Positions 58,327-64,000 of a stretch of 64,000 nt of DNA are shown piece after piece. Source of the DNA: Armatimonadota bacterium (GTDB lineage: Bacteria; Armatimonadota; UBA5829; DSUL01). The translations under genes were made by a program, and so were the position numbers. The notes under the pieces were generated by a model. The model worked only from the letters and a program-made list of their open reading frames with translations, was not told the origin of the DNA and did no database searches. Numbering within the stretch: position 1 is the stretch's first letter; every line of letters begins with the position of its first letter. The stretch spans positions 876,467 through 940,466 of the forward strand of contig AP024674.1 in assembly GCA_025998755.1 (NCBI GenBank), read 5' to 3'.

Positions 58327-59106
58327 ATGATGTTTGAGATGACCGTCCGCGATGTGGAGGAAGGTCTGCGGCAGACGCAGACCATCATTGTCCCGGTCGG
58401 CATCCTGGAACAGCACGGCTACCACTTGCCCCTGAGTGTGGATATTCACAACGCTGTGGAACTTGCGCGGCGCGCATCCGAACGGACCGGCTGCTTCGTG
58501 GCCCCTCCCGTCCACTATAACTTTTCCGGGGGAAGCCTCCCCGGTACGATCAACATCAGCCCGCCGGTGTTCTCGCTGATGCTGATGGACATCCTGCAAA
58601 GCCTTGTGATGCAGGGGTTCCGCAGGATCCTTCTGCTTCTCGGGCACGCTGGCTCGGAAAGTCAGGCAGCGGCCCGAGACGCGGCCCATCATTTGCAGCG
58701 GCTGCGGCCACCGGTGCCGGGGCTGGTGATCTGCGTTGTTCCCTTCACGGAGCTATCTCCCACCATCCAGCAGGCGATGAACGATGGCGATTATCACGCG
58801 GGATTCTATGAGACATCCCTGATGCTCTACTGGAAGCCCGAGATGGTCCGCTTGGATCTGGCGGCGATGGATGAGCCGTCGGTAGCGGAGATGATGCGCC
58901 GGGATCCGGACGCTTATGCCATAGCAGAGAAACGGACGGCCAGCCCATTCGAAGTACCGCGGGTGTTTCAGGATCCGCGGATTAGGGTGGGGGTGATGGG
59001 GGACTACACCGGAGCCAGCGCCGAGGTGGGAGAAAAGATCGCGGGAGAATGCGTGGATGCGCTTGAATCCATCATCCGCCTGATGGAGGAGGGAGGGGTG
59101 GCATGA
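58327..59106 (+). CDS. creatininase-family amidohydrolase
   Basis: Motifs IIVPVGILEQHGYHLPLSVD and LLLLGHAGSES; ATG 58327 chosen (TTG 58312 possible). Confidence 0.75.
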   Translation: MMFEMTVRDVEEGLRQTQTIIVPVGILEQHGYHLPLSVDIHNAVELARRASERTGCFVAPPVHYNFSGGSLPGTINISPPVFSLMLMDILQSLVMQGFRRILLLLGHAGSESQAAARDAAHHLQRLRPPVPGLVICVVPFTELSPTIQQAMNDGDYHAGFYETSLMLYWKPEMVRLDLAAMDEPSVAEMMRRDPDAYAIAEKRTASPFEVPRVFQDPRIRVGVMGDYTGASAEVGEKIAGECVDALESIIRLMEEGGVA

Positions 59107-60149
59107 TCCGTTGGGGGATTATCGGGTGTGGAGGCATAGCGCGAAGGCGTGTGCTGCCTGCCAGGACGGACATGCGATCCACCCGCTTCGTCGCGGTAAT
59201 GGACGCAGATCCGGATGTGACCCGGGATGTCGCGGAGGAGACCGGTACGCGCGCCTGTTTCAGCTTGGAAGAGATCCTCGATGACCCAGAAATTCAGGCG
59301 GTCTACATCGCTACGCCGGTCCATCTTCACCATCCTCAGGCTCTATTGGCCGCCGTCAAAGGCAAGCACGTCCTGCTCGAGAAGCCTCTTGCGCTGAATG
59401 TGGAACAGGGTCGGGAAGTCGTGGAAACCTTCGAGCGCAAAGGCCTTCTGCTGATGGAAGGCTATATGATGAAGTTCCACTCTCTCAACGGACGGGCAGC
59501 AGAAATGGTTGCCCGCGGAGATCTGGGAAAACCCGTCTTCCTGCGCGCGCAGCTGACCTGCTGGTACCCTGAGATTCCGGGCGCCTGGAGGCAGGATCCC
59601 TCACTTGGCGGCGGAGGGGCACTGATGGACATGGCCACGCACCTTTTCGACCTGCTGGAGGAGATCTCTGGCTCCTCCATTGTGGAGGTGACAGCGCTAG
59701 TCGCCACTCAAACGTTCTCGTACCCCGTGGAGGATAGTTCCGTGACGCTGCTTGGTTTCCAGAATGGAGCCTTCGGGGTTGTGGAGGCTTTTTACAACAT
59801 TCCGGATGTGGCGGCTCAAGGGCGGTTAGAGGTCTACGGAACGCAAGGTTCGATCCTGGCAGAGGGAACGATCGGGCAGGATCCGGGGGGCTCAATGCAT
59901 GCTTTCCTGAGTCCGTCGGAAAAGGGGTACGACGCTCTTCAGCAACGCGCGCCGTCTGACCTGCGGCGGCAAGTCATCATCGCACCTCCCGTAAATATGT
60001 ACGCTGCCGAGTTCGATTACTTTTCCGAATGTATCGCCGACGGTCGCCCTCCAGCCAAAAGCTCCGGCAGGCAGGGGCTGCATATTCTGGAGGTGGCTCG
60101 CGCAGCGTATGAGAGCGCGCGCACGGGACGGGCTGTCTGTCTCAGTTGA
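59103..60149 (+). CDS. Gfo/Idh/MocA family oxidoreductase
   Basis: N-terminus MIRWGIIGCGGIARRRVLPA and EKPLALNVEQ motif; ATG overlaps upstream stop (ATGA). Confidence 0.8.
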   Translation: MIRWGIIGCGGIARRRVLPARTDMRSTRFVAVMDADPDVTRDVAEETGTRACFSLEEILDDPEIQAVYIATPVHLHHPQALLAAVKGKHVLLEKPLALNVEQGREVVETFERKGLLLMEGYMMKFHSLNGRAAEMVARGDLGKPVFLRAQLTCWYPEIPGAWRQDPSLGGGGALMDMATHLFDLLEEISGSSIVEVTALVATQTFSYPVEDSSVTLLGFQNGAFGVVEAFYNIPDVAAQGRLEVYGTQGSILAEGTIGQDPGGSMHAFLSPSEKGYDALQQRAPSDLRRQVIIAPPVNMYAAEFDYFSECIADGRPPAKSSGRQGLHILEVARAAYESARTGRAVCLS

Positions 60150-60165
60150 ACACAAAAGGAAGAAG

Positions 60166-60205
60166 CACACAAAAAACCGGCCGCACCGTCTAGATGCGGC
60201 CGGTT
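60166..60205 (-). terminator. rho-independent terminator (for the minus-strand Spy-like gene; possibly bidirectional)
   Basis: Hairpin ccggccgca (60177-60185) / tgcggccgg (60195-60203) with 9-nt loop; on the minus strand it is followed by TTTTTTGTGTG (plus 60166-60176). Confidence 0.55.
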
Positions 60206-60226
60206 CTCATAAGTTCTGATGCCGAG

Positions 60227-60967
60227 TTACGGGCTGGTCGGGCGAGACCATCCCTGCCACGCTCGTGCGCGCTGCTCGAACTGCCTACGCTGCTCCGGGG
60301 TGAACACGCTCATCACCTGCTCATGCGTCTGAGTTCGGATCTCCTGCACGCGGAGGGCCCTCTCCTGAGCCGTCAGGTTCGGATCAGCCATCACGGCAGC
60401 CACCTGCCGGGCGCCGTCCTGCCGGATCTGCCGGATCCGCTCCTGCTGCTCTGCTGTGAGCTGCACCCCGGGAACCAGGCCGGACATCCCATAACCGGCT
60501 CCCAACCAGGCAGCGCCCGGCCCGATGCCCCGGCCTGCTCCGCGGCCCATTCCAGCACCCCGTCCGAGGCCGGCACCGCAAGGACCGCGGCCTAGACCAA
60601 CACCGGGAGCTGCGCCCGGCCAGCGGCTCTGGAATTGCTGGCGCTGCTCAGGTGTCAGGACGTTCATCACCCGCTCATGACCCTCCTGACGCACCTTCGC
60701 AATCTCGGCGGCGATCTGCTCGGGCGTCAAGGAGCTGTCCCAGCGGATCTGCTGCACCCGCTGCATCGTCTCGGAGCGGATCTGGGCCACCTGCCGCTCC
60801 TGTTCCGGCGTCAGCTGCACACCGGGAACCAAACCGATGGCAGCTGCCCCCCGGCCGCCACCGCGCCCGGCGCCGCCGCGCCACCCCTGTGCATCGGCCT
60901 GAAGGGCCAATGACGCAACCATCGCGGCTGCCGCAAATACCATAAGAATGGTCGCAATTCTCGTCAT
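60227..60967 (-). CDS. periplasmic Spy/CpxP-like LTXXQ-motif protein (tandem duplicated)
   Basis: Signal peptide (ILMVFAAAAMVASLALQA); LTPEQ/LTAEQ motifs in two repeated modules separated by Gly/Arg-rich linker; ATG 60967 preceded by ggagga. Confidence 0.65.
   Translation of the reverse strand: MTRIATILMVFAAAAMVASLALQADAQGWRGGAGRGGGRGAAAIGLVPGVQLTPEQERQVAQIRSETMQRVQQIRWDSSLTPEQIAAEIAKVRQEGHERVMNVLTPEQRQQFQSRWPGAAPGVGLGRGPCGAGLGRGAGMGRGAGRGIGPGAAWLGAGYGMSGLVPGVQLTAEQQERIRQIRQDGARQVAAVMADPNLTAQERALRVQEIRTQTHEQVMSVFTPEQRRQFEQRARAWQGWSRPTSP
60287..60833. repeat. intragenic tandem duplication (~190 bp units, ~355 bp period) within the Spy-like gene
   Basis: Units ~60287-60480 and ~60641-60833 align visibly (ctgctc...gttcatcacc.gctcatg ... 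ctgcac.ccgggaacca). Confidence 0.5.
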
Positions 60968-61087
60968 CTCCGGTATCCTCCGCCTTTCGCTTACCGAACC
61001 ATCATGTGTCATCAGGTTTAGATGACTCACCTAAGCTGTGTCTTCACGGGATAAGACGACAGCCGCCTCGGTTTCATTCAATGTTTT

Positions 61088-62296
61088 TCAGGGGTCTACG
61101 TCTTGGAGCACTTCCGGCGGCAAAAGGTCCGTGGTGAGCAACCGAGCTTCGGGGTCGGCCAGCACGCACGCTCTCTCGATCACATTTTCCAGCTCCCGCA
61201 CATTGCCAGGCCACCGGTAGGCCGTCAGGGCATCCAGGAACTCCTGAGAAGCCCCCTCGATCTTGCGTCCTTCTTCAGGTGCGTATTTGCGGATAAAGTG
61301 GTCCACAAGCAGGGGAATGTCTTCCGTGCGCTCGCGGAGAGGAGGAAGGTCTATCTGGACTACCTTGAGCCGGAAGTAGAGGTCCTCGCGGAACTCTCCC
61401 TTCTCCACCAGCTTCGCCAGGTCCTGGTTCGTGGCTGTGATCAACCTGACATCCACGCGGATGGTCTTGTTGCCCCCCACGCGCTCGAACTCACGCTCCT
61501 GAAGCACCCGCAGCAGCTTGCGCTGCACCTCCATCGGAATGTCACCGATCTCGTCTAGGAAAAGCGTCCCTTTGTGCGCCAGCTCAAAGCGTCCAATCTT
61601 CTGGGACAGCGCACCGGTGAAGGCACCTTTCTCGTGACCGAAAAGCTCGCTCTCCAGCAGGTTCTCGGACAGAGCGATGCACGCAACCGCCACAAAGTTC
61701 TCCGACGCGCGAGGGCTGTTGAAGTGAAGAGCCCGGGCGATCAGCTCCTTACCGGTTCCACTCTCCCCGCGGATGAGGACGGAAGCCCGGGACTGGGCCA
61801 CCCGTTCCACCAGGTCGAACACCTCCCGCATCTTTGGGGACTGTCCCACGATGTTGTCAAAACGGTAAGACTGCTTCAGTTTTTCACGGACGCCCGTGTC
61901 CGGAGACTCCAGTTCCCGGCGCTCGATGGCCTTTCGCACCAGAACCTTCAAGTCGTCTATGTCGAAAGGCTTGGTGACGTAGTCGAAGGCGCCCAGGCGC
62001 ATCGCATCCACAGCCGTGCGGATGGTCCCGTGAGCGGTAATCATCACAACGGAGACACGGGGGTTGGTCTCCCGGACAACCTCCAGAAGCTCCACACCGT
62101 TGATGTCCGGCATGATCAGGTCGCTGATCAGAACATCCGTGTCCCGGTTGGCCTTCAACAGCTCCAGCGCCTTTCTGCCGTTCTCGGCCGTGAATACCTG
62201 ATAGCCCTCCCGCTGGAACGTGGCTTCCAGCACGCGACGGATGTTCGGCTCGTCGTCCGCGATCAGAATGGTTCCGGCTTTGGCGTTCTCCGGCAA
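61088..62296 (-). CDS. sigma54-dependent response regulator (receiver + AAA+ domain, no C-terminal HTH)
   Basis: Receiver [15 protein letters not shown]...[12 protein letters not shown]; AAA+ motifs [30 protein letters not shown]; only ~33 aa follow GNVRELEN; TTG 62296 chosen because the ORF-track N-terminus overlaps the kinase gene. Confidence 0.7.
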   Translation of the reverse strand: MPENAKAGTILIADDEPNIRRVLEATFQREGYQVFTAENGRKALELLKANRDTDVLISDLIMPDINGVELLEVVRETNPRVSVVMITAHGTIRTAVDAMRLGAFDYVTKPFDIDDLKVLVRKAIERRELESPDTGVREKLKQSYRFDNIVGQSPKMREVFDLVERVAQSRASVLIRGESGTGKELIARALHFNSPRASENFVAVACIALSENLLESELFGHEKGAFTGALSQKIGRFELAHKGTLFLDEIGDIPMEVQRKLLRVLQEREFERVGGNKTIRVDVRLITATNQDLAKLVEKGEFREDLYFRLKVVQIDLPPLRERTEDIPLLVDHFIRKYAPEEGRKIEGASQEFLDALTAYRWPGNVRELENVIERACVLADPEARLLTTDLLPPEVLQDVDP

Positions 62297-62391
62297 GTGT
62301 TTTCCCCCAAGGTCAGACTCGCCGCCGATGTGCGGCGTGGTTATCCTCCGGCCAACATTATCGGCAAAGCGTGCCCCTGCTGCGCAGCGTC

Positions 62392-63990
62392 TCACGCCCG
62401 TTCCATCAGATCGGGCGGCGCAGGCTCGTGCTGCTGAAGCAAAGACGGCGCTGGTCCCCTGACAGGAAGGTGTATCCGGAAGAGCGATCCTTCTCCCTCG
62501 GCAGACTCTACGGCGATATGCCCTCCGTGGTTCTGGATGATCTTCTGGACCACTGGCAGGCCGAGCCCGGTGCCTTTCACTTTTGTCGTGAAGAACGGTG
62601 TGAAAATCCGCTCCAGGCGGTCCGACGGGATTCCGCAGCCCGTGTCGCGCACCCACAGCTCCACGCTCTCCGGCCAATCGGCCGAAGGACGCGCCCCGAG
62701 TTCCAGTGTGCCACCGTCCGGCATCGCCTGGATGGCGTTCAGGATCAGGTTCAGAAGCACCTGCTCTAGCTGCTTGACATCCGCCAGGAAGAGGGGTGTT
62801 CCTTCCTGGACGGCTACGGCGCAATCAATGCCTGCCTGTTCCAGTTGCGCGGCCACGCGCGAGCGCCCTCGCTCAAGGAGCTCAAGCGCCCTGACCTCCG
62901 ACACTTCCAGCTTCAAGGGACGAGCGAAGTCCAGGAACTCGCTTGCGATCCGGTTGAGCCCATCCACCTCCTCGATGATGATGTTGAGGAACTCCCGGTC
63001 GGCGGGGTCGGTAAGCTCGGAGTTGAGGAACTGCGCCGCTCCTTTAATGGATGAAAGTGGGTTGCGCAGCTCGTGCGCAATGCTTGCCGCAAGCTGACCG
63101 ATGGCGGCCAGCTCTCCCATGCGGCGTACCTCTTCCTGCATCCGCACTTGCCGGGTCATGTCCTCGAACACGATAACGAGTCCCAGCGGCTCGCCATCCG
63201 TATTTCTGAGCTGCGAAGAACTTAGTGAAATGTGAAGCTGCGATTCCGGCCCGCTCTTCAGGGTGAGGACGATGCCCCGCTCTGGTGGCGCGCCGTCCAG
63301 AACGCGCGCTAGGGACGCCTCCAGAGTGGCCAGGTCCGAAGGAGCTATCTCGAAGCGCTCCAGCACCTCGGTGAACGTGACTCCCAAAGTAGCGGAAGTT
63401 TCGATTCCCAGGATCTCCTCCGCCGCACGGTTCCAACTCACAACCCGACCCGAGCTGTCCAGCGTCACCACTCCTGCCGGCACGCTGGACAGGATGTTAT
63501 CGGTGTAGGTGGTCAGTGCAGTCAAAGCTTCCAGGCCGCGGTAGATGGATGCGGCCTGCGACGCAATGACTGAGAGCACCCGCAGATGGTCTTCCGTATA
63601 GACGTTGGGCGAGCGGCTGTGGACACTGAGGACCCCCACGACTTCGTCTTGCACCATCAGGGGAATGGCCATGACGGACCGCAGCAGCGGGTCGCGCGCC
63701 ACCTCCGCGAATCGCGCATCCTTCTGGATGTCCGGCAGGACCACTGCTTTGCGCTCGTGCACCGCCCAGCGCGCCAGACGGTAACCCCCTGAGCTGTCCC
63801 CGGCCTGTCCCGTGCGCATCTGCAGAGCGCCGGACTCCGGATCCACCGTCCAGATGAAGCACTCGTCGCATTCCACCAGATCCCGCACGATGGCCACGAT
63901 GCTAGCAAGCGCTTCGTCAAGGTTGGCGGCGGTGCTGATTCGCTGGGAAAGCTCATACAACGCGGAGAGCTCCAGCACCTTCTCGCGCAT
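62392..63990 (-). CDS. cytoplasmic sensor histidine kinase (GAF-PAS-HisKA-HATPase)
   Basis: H-box [18 protein letters not shown] boxes [14 protein letters not shown] and [17 protein letters not shown]; no TM segments seen; start within 10 nt of window end. Confidence 0.8.
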   Translation of the reverse strand: MREKVLELSALYELSQRISTAANLDEALASIVAIVRDLVECDECFIWTVDPESGALQMRTGQAGDSSGGYRLARWAVHERKAVVLPDIQKDARFAEVARDPLLRSVMAIPLMVQDEVVGVLSVHSRSPNVYTEDHLRVLSVIASQAASIYRGLEALTALTTYTDNILSSVPAGVVTLDSSGRVVSWNRAAEEILGIETSATLGVTFTEVLERFEIAPSDLATLEASLARVLDGAPPERGIVLTLKSGPESQLHISLSSSQLRNTDGEPLGLVIVFEDMTRQVRMQEEVRRMGELAAIGQLAASIAHELRNPLSSIKGAAQFLNSELTDPADREFLNIIIEEVDGLNRIASEFLDFARPLKLEVSEVRALELLERGRSRVAAQLEQAGIDCAVAVQEGTPLFLADVKQLEQVLLNLILNAIQAMPDGGTLELGARPSADWPESVELWVRDTGCGIPSDRLERIFTPFFTTKVKGTGLGLPVVQKIIQNHGGHIAVESAEGEGSLFRIHLPVRGPAPSLLQQHEPAPPDLMERA

Positions 63991-64000
63991 GCGGCGTTCA

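Noticed and set aside
60287-60833. Tandem repeat considered as a possible CRISPR-like or mobile-element repeat
   Set aside because: Only two copies, both inside one reading frame and encoding duplicated LTXXQ modules; no CRISPR-like spacer arrangement was seen anywhere in the window
60968-61087. Sigma54 (-24/-12) promoter upstream of the Spy-like gene
   Set aside because: Searched the minus strand for GG-N10-GC with TGGCAC/TTGC context; the only GG...GC pair has 8-nt spacing
61574-62437. 287-aa ORF on the plus strand
   Set aside because: Antisense to the sigma54 response regulator gene, whose AAA+ motifs are unambiguous
62297-62824. N-terminal 176 codons of ORF 61088..62824
   Set aside because: Overlaps the 3' end of the histidine kinase gene and is Arg/Gly/Ala-rich with no receiver-domain features; the receiver starts near 62296

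Overview
High-GC (roughly 60-65% by eye) bacterial chromosomal segment with about 60 protein-coding genes, one tRNA (tRNA-Ala, anticodon CGC) and one RNase P RNA that the ORF track cannot show. Housekeeping blocks (3' part of ugd, tgt, a rodZ-like gene, rnpB, sufBCDSU, fhs, purEK) are interleaved with accessory-looking modules: (i) a translationally coupled sbtA-sbtB-purE-purK operon next to an archaeal-type PEP carboxylase and an isocitrate dehydrogenase, all bicarbonate/CO2-handling; (ii) a tightly coupled operon of a PfkB-kinase/HAD-hydrolase fusion, a deoxyhypusine-synthase-like protein and RtcB RNA ligase; (iii) an ~11 kb glycan locus behind a perfect 22-bp lac-operator-like palindrome, with two putative GH144/DUF3131-like enzymes, CBM proteins, a PEP-CTERM protein, a prepilin-type DUF1559 protein, a LacI regulator and a GH94 phosphorylase; (iv) an amino-sugar-type operon (PIG-L deacetylase, URO-D-like, two SIS proteins, BadF-type kinase); (v) a sigma54 two-component system whose activator lacks the DNA-binding HTH, next to an internally duplicated Spy/CpxP-like periplasmic protein. 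No CRISPR array, rRNA, transposase or integrase was seen. Three genes show apparent frameshifts, two of them at G-runs. All product calls rest on motif recognition by eye; no searches were run. The PEP-CTERM plus prepilin/DUF1559 combination suggests a PVC-group or Armatimonadota-like organism, but that is inference only.
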